Shown: positions 13,001 to 25,189 of the stretch, piece after piece | Position numbering within the stretch: the first letter of the stretch is position 1 | Layout of the letters: the number at the start of each line of letters is the position of its first letter | Source: Oopsacas minuta | Taxonomy: Eukaryota > Animalia > Porifera | DNA length: 64,000 nt | NCBI GenBank assembly: GCA_024704765.1 | Contig: JAKMXF010000307.1 | Location: 310,001 to 374,000 of the forward strand | Direction of reading: 5' to 3' | Position numbers and translations under genes: made by a program | Notes under the pieces: model-generated | Told to the model about the DNA's origin: nothing | The model's input: only the letters and a program-made list of their open reading frames with translations | Databases searched by the model: none

Positions 13001-14532
13001 CTCTTCATTTCCCTTTCTTCTCTTTCATATTGTGCCTCTTTTCTTTTTTGTTTAACAAAATTTTTAGAGGTTGTCATGCAATCCAAGCTGGATATAAATA
13101 ATTTTCGAGCGTTTCGCTGATCAAAGAGAAATGGCCACTCACGGCGTGGTATCTTTTTATCGAGAGAGCAAAAACATTTACCTTCCTGAATTAGGCATTT
13201 GCAACTTGAGACATCGAACAAGACATTGAATTCGGAAATAATAGGCTGTATACGGTCAGGTTGTTGCTTGTTTTGGATACTTTTCCGTAGTATTTAGCTC
13301 TCTCAATAATATCAGAATTGATGTACTGTTTTATTTTGAGCTCTGATATAGTGGGTATGGAAGCCAAATTATAGATACGCACTAATACTTCAGTTAGTTC
13401 TTTCGCTATATCATCTCCAGTTGATTTAGAATCTTCATTTCTAAGCATTCTATAATGATTATATAGATCTAGTTTTGTTGGAAGTTGATTTTCTGCAATG
13501 GGTCCTGGAATAGCCAAAAATAGGATGAAATACTTTACTACGCGTGTTTTCTGCCATTTCAAAAATAAATATATTTTAGGAATATAATCACTCAATAATA
13601 TGAATGATTTGATCGAGCATTGATATAGATACTATAATTGACCATAAATTCCATGCTAGATAAATGGTAACTAAGTTAGAACAAGAGATAAGGAATGTTG
13701 GTAAAATTTCTTTGTGGTAACCTATTGAGGAATTTGGATCTAGATAAAGAAATATACTAAGTTTGGTGATTATATAAAAATTTTACTAAGAATATAGAAT
13801 TTTCAAATAATCGGAAAAAAGGGGGGTGGGTAATAATATTAGGGTATGATAGAATATGCAAAAGAAATCTTGATAACTTGAGTATCCTTAGACATAGAAA
13901 TTCGATTAATATACCATTCAATAGCAAATATGCGACTTACTATTACCAAATAATATTTATAAAGGGGCTAAGTCAAAGGAATTTGAAAATTCGGACAATA
14001 TAAAATCAATTTTGCGAAAGTGACACAGCAAAAATATAAAACCGCAAGGGTCAAATCGAAATATTTTTCAAATTTAAGTCTCGCATTTTCCTAGAAAATG
14101 GTAAAGGCAACTTTTCCCTTAGGTAGAAGTTGAACCGACGATTTATACTTTTCTCGATCCGGCCTACTGGACATCATACATCTTTAGCTGTAAGGCAAAA
14201 AATTAAAGATATGGGGTATGCACGAAGTTCCACATCCACCTTACCAACTGATATAGCCCCATGCGACTTCTGGCTGTCTAGAAAACTCAAAGACAACCTC
14301 TCCAGGCGCGAATTTTAGGATCGGCTCTTGCTTTGTTCGGGCAATTGACAGATACCTTGAAGTCAAACCCAATGATGAGTACAGGAAGACCTTTGAAAAT
14401 TGGATTAAAAGGCTAAATTCAGTTGTAGCGTATAAAGGAGACTACTTTGAACATTAATAGCAAAAATCACCAACTTTACACAAGTGTTTATAGTTTCAGT
14501 ATGGTATGATTAGTATTTATTGAATGCTCCTA
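10085..14532 (+). mobile_element. Mariner (DD34D) element, degenerate, interrupted by a hAT insertion
   Basis: TIRs CAGGAGCATTCAATATACACTAATCA / TGATTAGTATTTATTGAATGCTCCTA with TA flanks. Fragments MTSCPKFSELEQRTYIKFR (10276), EDAPRPG-like, TEDKTW and LHNNAGH lie before the insertion. DIAPCDFWL and GDYFEH-stop lie after it. Confidence 0.85.
11063..14166 (-). mobile_element. hAT-superfamily (hATm-like) transposon with 369-bp TIRs; pseudogenised transposase ~11446-13557
   Basis: 8-bp TSD CTGGACAT (11055-11062 and 14167-14174), termini TAGGCC...GGCCTA, inverted repeats 11063-11431 / 13798-14166. Transposase motifs YFDGRKDQT, VGADG, WFICQLHGNELPLRHL, HARWTTLANR and PCHTQAVER. At least three frameshifts and one in-frame stop. 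Confidence 0.85.
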
Positions 14533-14899
14533 TAACAGTGGAACGCAGGGACTTTACGCAGTTTTCAAAATTGAGTCTACGATTTAACAAAGTTTCAGTG
14601 ACAAATATCAACAACAAATATCTAATATAATTCGAACACATTGAAATATATTTTGCAAATTTCCCGAGAAATTTTGGAAAAAGTCTTAAATATCCGGTTT
14701 ACAGGTAGATATATGGAGGGTGAGAATTCATTATAAATTTATTTGAAAACATAGTAGAGACTTCAGTACACTTTCTATTAACCAAAACCTGCTAGGAAAT
14801 GTGCGATTTCATGCCATCATTAAGATACCAAAATTTCGTTTTGGTGAGGGAATTAGTTAATTTTAAGTGATAATATTTTGATCCTCTTCATTACGAATA

Positions 14900-15240
14900 T
14901 AATAAGTCTGTCGTAATTGGTTAAAACACATCATTGAAAAGGAAGACCCCTGACAACATAACAAATTTGAGACACGAATGGTAGGCTAAAACCTTGTCAG
15001 GTTTGAGTGAATTAAACATTACCAGGCAAATCACCTGATAAATCCAAAATGATTCTTTATGAAGTATGTAAGCAAGACCTATCAGAACAAATCCGAAATG
15101 AAATGAAGGGAAAAACTTCACGAAAGGTGCGGTCTGATATCAATCCTGGCGTACTTAAAAGATTGCTCAATGTGATACCAGATAGAATGAGGAAATATTT
15201 TGATGTGAAAGGAGGATACATTGGGAAATAGTCAAACTCC
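14900..15240 (+). pseudogene. Tc1-like transposase C-terminal relic
   Basis: LPGKSPD...NP-like piece and ...LKRLLNVIPDRMRKYFDVKGGYIGK, which resembles the Tc1 C-terminus. Confidence 0.45.
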
Positions 15241-15569
15241 AATGTCACTATATAATCAGTATAAGTCAATATTTCAATAGGAAAGTTTCTAGAATACAAC
15301 CATTTAATTTTCTCTTCCATAATTCGAATATAGCAGCATTAGTTAAATGGCTAGAAAATATACACGGCATTTAATTCTGGAGAATAGAATGATCATGACT
15401 ATACCAACAAATTATTGATTATTTCTTTATTGAATGAAAAACATTAAAATGTAAGAAATGCAATTGTAAATTGTGGAATTCATGAATACAGTTAACTAAA
15501 ACTGCAAAAAACAGAGGAAGGTATTGAATTTAAAGAAAATAGTGTGAAAACTGGGGAATAGGATTATAA

Positions 15570-17800
15570 CACAGGCCTACATAAAAATGTTATATTACAG
15601 TTGTTTATATATTTTGATCACTGATTTAGACTAATTTAGGTGAGCTGATTGTGAATATCTATTCAGTTTTTTCACAACCATATAGGTACATTTTCAGGAA
15701 AATTTCGATTTTTGCCAAAAATTCATTATGATTACATATTATAACAATAACATTATGTTCATAGTATATATATTCAAATAGTCTTATTTGCTTATTGGTT
15801 TTTAACTAGTCTGTTATTCTTTTTTGTTGATATGTCGAAAAGAAAGTGTTTCAATTCTCCAGACATTTTTGTTATATTTGTGGTTTCTATACTCCGAAAC
15901 CTCAGATGCAGAATATTACTGAATTTGTGAATAGAGCTTACCATGCGTATTTCAAAGTTAAGCTGGGCAACTAGGACAAAAGTTGGGCACCTCATAAGGT
16001 CTGTAAATCTTGTATAGAATTATTGAGGTATTGGAGTAAGGGCAAAGAGAAACACCTCCCTTTCGGAATTCCTATGATTTGGAGAGAATCAAAAAATCAT
16101 TTCGATGATTGTTATTTCTGCATGGTAAATGTTATGGGCTGCAAAAAGAGTGACAGACACCTGCTGAATTACCCAAATTTAGAATCTGCTATTCGACCAG
16201 TCCCTCATTGTAGTGATCTACCTTGTACCAATATTCATAGAATTTCTCGGACTCTATGATGATGAAGATGGTGCCAATTCGGGAGAAGTCAATGATCATG
16301 ACTGTGAATATGATGTTGATTTTCAAGGTCCTTCCTCGGAGCCTTCTCTCTTTCACCAAGCGGAATTGAATGATTTAATTCGTGACCTTGACCTCTGGAA
16401 AGAATCTTCTGAGTTGCTTGCATCTAGATTGAAAGAAAAGATTCTACTCCATCAAGGAACAAAGGTAATATTATATCGTTACAGGGAGCAAGAGTTTCAA
16501 CAGTATTTCTGCGAAAAGAATGGTTTGGTGTTTTGTCCAGATGTTGAGGGTCTTCTACTAGCAATGGGAGTTCCGAACTACAATCCAAGTAACTGGAGGC
16601 TGTTTATTGACAACTCCAAAAGGAGTCTGAAATGTGTACTACTCTATAATGGAAATATATTCGGTTCAATTCATATAGGATATTCAGTTGAACTTAAAGA
16701 TGAGTACAATAAATGTGAAAGAAATAATAGAGATTATTAACTACTCTGCACATGATTGGGTCATCTGTGTTGATCTCAAAATGGTCAACTTTCTATTAGG
16801 ACAACAAGCTGGGTTCACTAAGTACCCCTGTTTTCTTTGTTATTGGGACAGTAGAGATAGGAACCGGCATTGGATAAGGGAAAAGTGGCCTCCGAGAGAA
16901 TGTTTGAAAGTTGGGGACAAAAATGTTATTAATAACCCTCTGGTGCATACACATAAAATAATTCTACCTCCTCTCCACATTAAGCTTGGTTTAATGAAGC
17001 AATTCATCGAAGCACTGGATAAAGACAGATACTGTTTCAAGTATATCCGAAATTATTTTCCAGGAATCAGTGAAGAGAAGAAAAAGGCAGGGATATTTGA
17101 AGGTCCACAGATTCGCAAGTTACTTAGGGACAACTGCTTCAAAGATTCAATGAATGAGGAAGAGAAGAGAGCGTGGCAGGCTTTCTCTAATGTCGTTTAT
17201 AATTTCCTTGGTATTAAAAAGGCATCCAACTACAAAAAACTAGTCACAGAGTTAGTCGACAGCTATCATGCTCTTGGCTGTAATATGAGTATTAAAATTC
17301 ATTATTTGAGAGACCTTCTTGATAGATTTCCGGATAATCTAGGTGATATGAGTGAAGAATAAAGTGAACGATTCCATCAAGACATAAAAGTGATGGAACA
17401 GCGATATCAAGGAAGATGGGACACACATATGATGGCAGATTACTGTTGGTGCCTAAAAAGAGATTGTCCTAACGACAACGTTCAAGAAAGTCAAACAAGA
17501 GAAAATCTTTAGATTGAATAGTGCTGATATTACATGTTTATAGTATCACTTTCTTCCATTCATATTAGTAACAATCGTATCATTATTCTTAGTGAATGAA
17601 ATATTGATATTTTCAGAAATTTAATTGATCCAATCTAACATATAAAGGTTGAAACTAATTTTTCTCTATAAATTTAGTAATAGGATTGTGAGATAACTTG
17701 ACGTATTAGAGAGAAACTGACTAAATAATCGGAATCAGCAACACAGAATTAGTGTATGTCAGTTGACAAAATCAATACAACTATAAAGTGTAGGCCTGTT
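15570..17800 (+). mobile_element. Chapaev3-like transposon, family 2, copy 1 (2231 bp; dead transposase 15832-17517)
   Basis: Termini CACAGGCCTACAT / GTGTAGGCCTGTT with 3-bp TSD TAA (15567-69, 17801-03). Motifs (D)FCYICG after a 1-bp deletion, WAPHKVC, PFGIPMIWRE..DCYFC, WRLFIDNSKRSLK, LPPLHIKLGLMK and E*SERFHQDI. Confidence 0.9.
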
Positions 17801-18019
17801 TAAGTTATATATATTCGGGAAGTACCTCATTGGGGAAAGTTCTCCGGGTATCACTACCACCACCTGATTATCCTGAACAAATTCATTGAAAGATCCTACC
17901 GTTGTCACTATAGCATGAGGGGGTGTAGAAAGGTTACCAGAACTTATACATAACCATTTAACATGACCCACAATCCGAAACTTCATGATATACATATATC
18001 TAAATGGTGCTCTTAGAAA

Positions 18020-19199
18020 TATCACAAACTAAATCATTCCTAGTTTCAAATTTCAAAATATGTCACCTCAAGCTGGTTATAGTTACAGAACCACTGGTTG
18101 GAAATTCAAATGTGAGGAGAGAGGCGTGATCAAGTTCCTTTTGTTGTGAAGGCGAGAAGGGGTCCGACATAGTAAAGCGATTGAAAGCTGTTTACGGTGT
18201 CAGAGCTCTAGAAGAACCGTCATACATGACTGGATGGAATATTTTCGTTCTGGCCGAAATGCCTTGAAATTTACAAACGGTGCTAGTCAAATATCATCCG
18301 TCACTTAATAGAACATCAATCGAGTAGATGAATTGTTTCAAGCAGATCGAAGAACCACTTTGAAACTTCTGGAGAATTGTACAGAAATATTAAGGCCTCG
18401 TACTGTTGAAATATTACGCAACATCTTAAGACATATTAATATATATGCTAGATGATAAATAAAATGCGAAATAAGGATCAGAAAAGTACCCGCATAGAAT
18501 TAGTGAGGATATGCACATACGGTATAATACAAAACAAAAGTTTCTCAAAGGAATGCTATGGACGAAACATGAGCAGATTTCTATGATTCAGGGGACAAAA
18601 CAGTAAAATTCTCAGTGGAACCACACCCTGAAAAAGTTTAAGGTTGAGGAATCACAAGAGAAGCAAGGTATGGCGTCAATATTATGAGATTTCAGAGAGT
18701 TATACTCGTAGACTGCTTGTCAAAGGCACAAACGATCAATTGAGATTAATTTATCAACATTCTAGTGGAGAAACTGCATCCTGCAATTACAAAATCATAC
18801 GGGAAGATTAGGAAAAGGGATTCTGTTAGACATGGATAATGAAAGACCGAATACTGCAACCAATTCAATAGCAAATATTCATGATTTAGGTTATGAAATA
18901 CAACCCCATCCACGGTATTCACCTGATCTGGCACCTAGCGACTATGCACTATTCAATACACTAAAATGACACTGAAGGGTACATTACAGCTCTAATTCTG
19001 CCATTGAAAGTTCAATTTATTGTTGGGTTCGCAGTTCCCCCAGAATGTTACGAAAATGCATATGCAGATTGGGCGGAGCGCTGGAAAAAGTGTTCAGCAG
19101 TTCAAGGGGAACACTTTGATATTTTATACAAAGTATCAAAATATTTCATAAAAATTCATATATTCTATAGTGAATAACTTGAATTATTCTACCCCTTAG
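18020..19199 (+). mobile_element. Degenerate mariner element
   Basis: Fragments EERGVIKFL, HPRYSPDLAPSDYALF (~18905) and KCSAVQGEHFD. Right TIR-like end ttgaattattctacccctTAG|TA. Left end not defined. Confidence 0.65.
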
Positions 19200-19699
19200 T
19201 ACAGATTGATAATCTATAATTTTCTGGTCAGAATTCTGTGTTTATTCCATATTTGTTAACAGAATGCGTACCGAACTGTTATATTAGAGATGAGTAAAGG
19301 AACACTAAATTTAATCAATTCGTTTTAACCTATTCTAGCACCAGAAACAAGATTTTTGTTATTTGACGTCAAATATACACATACTTTAACCAGCGTAGTT
19401 GGAAAATATGTGACATGTACATCCCTATATGATTATGTAAAGCAAAAAAATATTTGATCATCGTATCACCTTATCACTTAAATTGGAAACATGGGAATAA
19501 TGGCAGCTACTTTCCCCGGTGAATTTCTTGCAAGATCTCCCATACTTCAACAAAAATATCAGAGGACTTTTCAGTATTCAATATATCAATTTCTATAACA
19601 GGAAACTCTTAAAACTCTCGATTAGGAGAGTTGAATGAAGTCCAAACTCTCTAATAGCAACATGGCTATGTCAACCAAATTAATGTATCATTGTTCAAA

Positions 19700-20120
19700 A
19701 TGGCTTGTTGGAAAAAAGATATACTAGATATATTGACATGTCGATACCAACATGGGGTGCGTTTTAGCATGTCGGAGAATTCTAAAAATGAGAGATTTAG
19801 CATCTCTACATGAAGATTTACTGTGAAGATGCAAAAATGGAGTGAAAATTTAATCTCGACCTGTGATAAAACAGAGACTCCCAAGTACCAATGAGAGTTC
19901 GCATTTCGGAAGTTACGTGATGAATTTTGATGGAATGAGAACATTTAGAGATGGAAACACATCCTGAGAACTGAGTGCACATTAATGTTTTATCCAAAAC
20001 GATGAAGTCAGTTCGAACTGGAAATAGTTGGCTCACATAAGTTCTTTTCACAGATGTCGTAATTCCTGAGACACCACCAAAATATGGAACGTTCCAGATC
20101 GAGATCCTCATTTGAGTGAT
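19700..20120 (+). pseudogene. Possible Tc1-like relic
   Basis: W..*VLFTD motif at 20041 resembles the first catalytic Asp context (WxxVLFTDE). Little other support. Confidence 0.3.
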
Positions 20121-21428
20121 AAGAATGGGATCATCGACCCGTATACAAGCAGGAGAGTGAACGGATCACCTACAATGTCAGATATAGTATACATTACCAC
20201 TTTTGAGATGATATGCCGCCAATGTATGAATATAAGATGATGTACACAACTTGCATTTGAAACTTTTAACTATACAGTTATGGATTGGGAATTCCGGTTA
20301 CGAAAGGTACAGAGGTTGGGCTACGAACGGAATATATACGTACATATAAATATAGTTGGACAGCTTAGCAACTTTATGTGCACATCTCGGATAAAAGCAC
20401 CAAACATATCGATATATCACCCATGACCATAGATACTGATTTTCGATAGGAACAACTTACGACGGATACATTTTGATCCTTCTGGCCTTTGGGGATATAG
20501 CAATTTCGCCGATAGATCCGCAAAGCTATTTCATCTTCAAATCGAATCGAATCGACTTTTAAACTCCAGATTCCTAATCAGTATCAAATTTCCAGTAATT
20601 AGATGGGTCACATAAGCATATTTAGAGATACTTTTATTTCAGGATTGTAATAATATTCCATTCTCATAATTTGTCCTAACTTCATCGTGTGGCCCCTCGT
20701 TCTACGCTATTAGTCATCAAGTTTGCCTAAATTTATGAACAAACATTTGTATATACGATTCATTATATATTTTTTGCTTTCTTAAGTATAACCACACAAA
20801 TATACAATAAAGTGGAACCGTGCCGCAGCCAGCTTTGGTAGATTACTGATATACGGGTGGCACATGAATGGGGTAGGTGACGCGAATATGGAGACGGTAG
20901 TGAGACATAACCAGATGCAACGTTAAATAGGCAGACCATTACTTGGTCCGAAGATGTTTGAACAATTTTTGCTCGTTTAGTATAACTAAGAAATCCATAG
21001 TATCAGATGTATTTGAGAGAAAATTCGTACGATTCATTTGATAAAACAATAAACAGAAAAGAAAAGAAATTTGATAGAGGATCTGAACAGAGGATACTTT
21101 GTTGATAGGTTTCATTGATCTGTAATGTTTGTAGATATTTGTCCGTAGAGATAAATATGTACAAACATTACAAATGTTTCCTCTTGGTATAATCTTGCAT
21201 TGACATATATAAGTATTATATTATAAAGAAATGTTCCTGTAGTAAGATTACAAATGTATATATTAATATCGTAGAATATCTATCGCCCCATCAAAATACG
21301 CGTATTGTTTCAGACGCCGTTGTGCAATCTATGGCCTCAAAATTATGAGGCAAACCAACTATTCCATGAAAATATTTACATTATGTGGATCCAGTCCTTA
21401 GTTCACGAAATAGCCAAATTAAGGTTAC

Positions 21429-21695
21429 CTTGACGTTGCCATGGTATAAAAGAATTCCATGATTGTTAAAAGATCCAATATAGTCCTTAATCATCCCTAA
21501 ATATATATTGTTATTTGCTTCCATTGGCAAATCTTTCAGATGCTTCTTCGCAGATTGTAGAGCTGATATTTGTACATCAGAATTACAGTGTAATTGAATA
21601 TTTTTCAAAAGCAAATGATACTGACTGAGACGTTGGATTGGGGCAATCAACAAGTCCTCCAAAGAAAATCTTTCCTTTAAAAAGTTTTGTCTGTC
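21429..21695 (-). CDS. RhoGEF exon B: C-terminal DH domain and DH-PH linker (267 bp, phase 0-0)
   Basis: Acceptor tatttttag|GAC at 21696, donor AAG|GTAACC at 21428. Encodes DRQNFLKERFSLEDLLIAPIQRLSQYHLLLK...HGILLYHGNVK, containing the DH CR3 motif (LIxPVQRxxxYxLLLK). Joins exon A in frame to give HGSFFQ|DRQNFLKERFSLEDLLIAPIQR. Confidence 0.9.
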
Positions 21696-22239
21696 CTAAA
21701 AATATACTGATATAAATGACAACAAGACAGGCAAAAATTGATATTGTGTTTAGAAAATATGCCTCGAAAACATGTGAGGACATAAGAGTTTCGGGGCCAG
21801 AGGCCCAGGATGTGAAGTTGTCATAAAGTTAAACAATAAAATTTTGGTTCTATTTTAGAGTGGCAGCCGCATATTAGGGGCAGGTTGGGAGGAAATGTTT
21901 GTTCCGATTAATCGATCATGTGTATATTGATGGATTCAAACATTTTCGTGGTCTCATAACCAGAAATATCTTAATGACTATTACAATATTCTGGTTATTG
22001 GGACTAGGAAAGATGCATCTTTGTAGCATGTGTATAAAAGTCGAAGCTGCAAATGATATGCAAATGCCTAGTCATAATAACAAACAAGTGATTTTAATAT
22101 TATGATAGAACCAATAGCTTGAAAGTAAAAGAGGACAAACCACTATTTTAGGATATAGAACGAAGGAAACTCCATTATTTTTGTTAACATACTGTAATTT
22201 CAATACACTTTTTAGCCTCTCTATGGGTTTACGGTTACC

Positions 22240-23340
22240 CCAATGAAGAACACAACTAGGGGTTGAAGCAGAGATAATACCCATCCCATAAAATGTACCA
22301 TGACGGTTTAATGTTGCAACATTACGGTCAACGTAGTCAGCAACCCACCGTATAAAGATTCCTGGGAATGTGTATTCAAATTGTCATCTCAATCTTGACT
22401 TATTAAAACAGAATGCTTGGATCTAGTTACTTCGCCACAAGGCAAATTGAACCCAAGTCTGTAAGTTCATTTACCAACAATTTATATCCTAAGATATGAT
22501 GTAATCCAATACCAAGGCCAAAGATATTTTGTTCAACTTGAGATTGAATAATAGTTCAGAATAAAAAATGAACAGTTTCAAGCAATTTGGTAGCCAATCT
22601 GAAAATTTTCAACGTATTCAACTTCATAATTGCTCGGGTATTATTTATTGTTGCATTTAATTCCTCGGATCTCTGACATTGTGACCTTGGCTGCAGGGAC
22701 AGCCATCCGTCAAGACTCTGTTTGTTAATCCTGCATTCCCTTATTGTAACACTTGCCATACATTGAGTAGTTAGCCATGCTACGTACACATATAAATCTG
22801 CGAACAATATTTCTGTGCAACATATACTGAGTCTTAGTAAGGCTCAATAGATTTGGCTCATCCATTTCACATTATACTCTTACTTTCCTTCGACTAAGAA
22901 TCTCAGTTTTTTCGTGAAGCTCTTTAAGCGTGTAAAGTCCTGCATCTTTTTAGAGCCAAAAACACATCATGTTGAATAATTCGGTAACCCTCCTTTTCAG
23001 AGCACATAAAACTGTGATGTAGACTCTCATGATGATGTATTCATCATAAATATAATTACAATCTTTGTGCAATGTCGCTTTTTGTGTTACTAGGTTTAAC
23101 TTCCATAGAGTCTTAGTCCAAAATCGAATCACTAAGTATTGTCTCGTATCTTCGACTGTTCTATAATCCAAGGACGAAAAGTGATTGCTGTCACCATAAA
23201 GGTGACCTATTTTCGCATGTTGCTCATGAAAGTAGCCTACTGCAATAAATGAATTACTTTATTTACCAAGAAAAGGGCTTCATAGAAAGGGGCAGTTTCT
23301 ATATTTGATGCACGTCAGTACGAGTACTCATCTCTGTCCA
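22240..23340 (-). pseudogene. Relic of a large DNA-transposon ORF, possibly Academ-like
   Basis: Minus-strand VEQNIFGLGIGLHHILGYKLLVNEL and WVADYVDRNVATLNRHGTFYGMGII (22272-22341) resemble DNxDHNxxTLDGxxTFHGMGII motifs I associate with Academ-type transposases. Many stops. Family assignment is from memory only. Confidence 0.45.
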
Positions 23341-23344
23341 AATA

Positions 23345-24687
23345 CAGTATGTCGAATAATTATTGGGACACATCATTATTTCTATTTCAGCCACTGCTAT
23401 AGTTCTATTTGATAAGTAGCAGTAACAGTACTAATATAGAAAGTTAATTGGTATCTATCTGAAGATAAATTTGAGTAAACATAATGAGATTATATTTTTT
23501 GCTACTGAGGATGACGTCATCATTAAGCACCTTTCATCATAAATTAGAAAATTCTCTTACCTTTTACTGAATAATTTAGCATTTAGCATTGATACGGCTC
23601 AGGAGGTGATGAGAGAAAAGATCTAAACTCTATTGATTGGCGATAAACATACACCTACTGAAATCTCACGTATTTTAGATGTTGATCGAGGGACAGTTTA
23701 CAGGGTAAAAAAAGGCTCCAAACAAATATGACCCTTAAACACAAAAGAGGCGGTGGTAGACCAAATTTATTCGGCAATTCAATAAAATATACAGCTATTC
23801 AGTTCATTATATCGGATCCAGAGACTAGTGTACGCAAACTTCCAACCAGGAAAGTTAAAACAAAGAAACTGACTGTCAGTAAAAGTACAGTCCATCTTAC
23901 TATTCAGAAACTGAAATACTATAAGCCATTTCCTGTCCAGATTTAATTGCTATCTGAAAAAAATCGTCTCTTCAGAATTGAATGGGCACAGAAAAACAAA
24001 ATAAAACTGTGGTGTAGGGCTGTGTTTGCAGATGAAGCCTCTTTCTGGCTTAATCGTGGGAAGGTTCGAATGTGGACAAATCGGGAAGAGAATGATCACA
24101 AAAAACTACCAAGCACTCACCGAAATTACACATATGGGTGCATTTCGTCTTTCGGTACCTTCCCATTGTGCATATTTCGTCAGAATTTGGATATACATTC
24201 TTTGTTAAGATCCTTGAATGGCATCTTCTTTCACAGGCTGGGGCTTTCCACGGAATAGATGGTTTCTCATCCAGGATAATGATCCAAAGCACCGTTCAAA
24301 ATTAGACCAACAATGGGTCTCAGAAAAAATGCCAAATAATGTCTTTCAATGGCCCAGTCGATCACCAGACCATAATCCGATAGAAAATCTATTCGGCTGG
24401 TTGAGAAATCAAGTTGCAAAACAACATCTCAAATCACTAGCTGAGCTTGAAAAGTATATCCAAGCAATTTTGGATTCTCTCACACCCGAATCTTTGGAAC
24501 CCTATTGGAAGTCTATGACACGTAGATGTCAGATGGTCGTCGAAAACGATGGGAATAAGATCAAATAATAATCTTTAGTGGATTCTCAACAAGTAGACAA
24601 AAAATTAGATCATATACTTTCATATTTATTGTTTCTGGGTTACACTAAGAAATTTCCCTAGTGTTGCAATAATTATTGGACATACTG
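23345..24687 (+). mobile_element. Tc1-like (DD35E spacing) element, copy 1 (1343 bp, dead)
   Basis: 27-bp TIRs CAGTATGTCGAATAATTATTGGGACAC / GTGTTGCAATAATTATTGGACATACTG (3 mismatches), TA TSD. Motifs GGGRP, VFADEASF, IQDNDPKH and WPSRSPDHNPIENL, with 35 residues between the second D and the E. Several stops and frameshifts. Confidence 0.9.
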
Positions 24688-25189
24688 TATATGACATCGG
24701 TTAGTGTCGAAGTAATGAAGTGTTTCCCACATAATTTTTGGTATGCGCAAATCTAGGGATTATGTGGGGCCTCTGTTGTATATACACTTATTGAGCTATA
24801 TGTATAGAGTCTTCATTTTGAAGCAGTTAGCTATTACAAGCGAGTTAATTGACGCGCTTAAAGCACTGTGGGGAAATACTGCTGTATCTCTTCTGCAAAA
24901 ACTTTGAACAAAAGCGATTCCTTGCGCCTCATCATTCTGCTCCTCTAAGTAATTCTGTAACTCAATCCTCTCATCACCAATTGCTGAACTCGATTATTGT
25001 TTCATAAACCTTCTCTTTAGACTTAATGGGTGGGGTATCATTAAAGCCAGTAATACAGGTCACACAAAGTTCATGGCTATTGTTTTGATCATTAAATTCC
25101 GATTTATATTGGCTAACATAGAATTACAAACTATTAAAATAAGTCGAAAAAATGGAGAAATGAGTATACTTAACCAATTTACAAAAATA

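Noticed and set aside
15832-17517. Programmed frameshifting or introns explaining the split Chapaev ORFs, since both copies share the breaks
   Set aside because: The breaks include in-frame stops at conserved Gln positions and 1-bp indels without GT-AG intron-sized gaps. Shared ancestry of a dead copy is simpler.
21121-21175. Small hairpin TGTAATGTTTGTA / TACAAACATTACA near exon B
   Set aside because: A 13-bp AT-rich stem with no supporting TSD or second copy; too weak to call.
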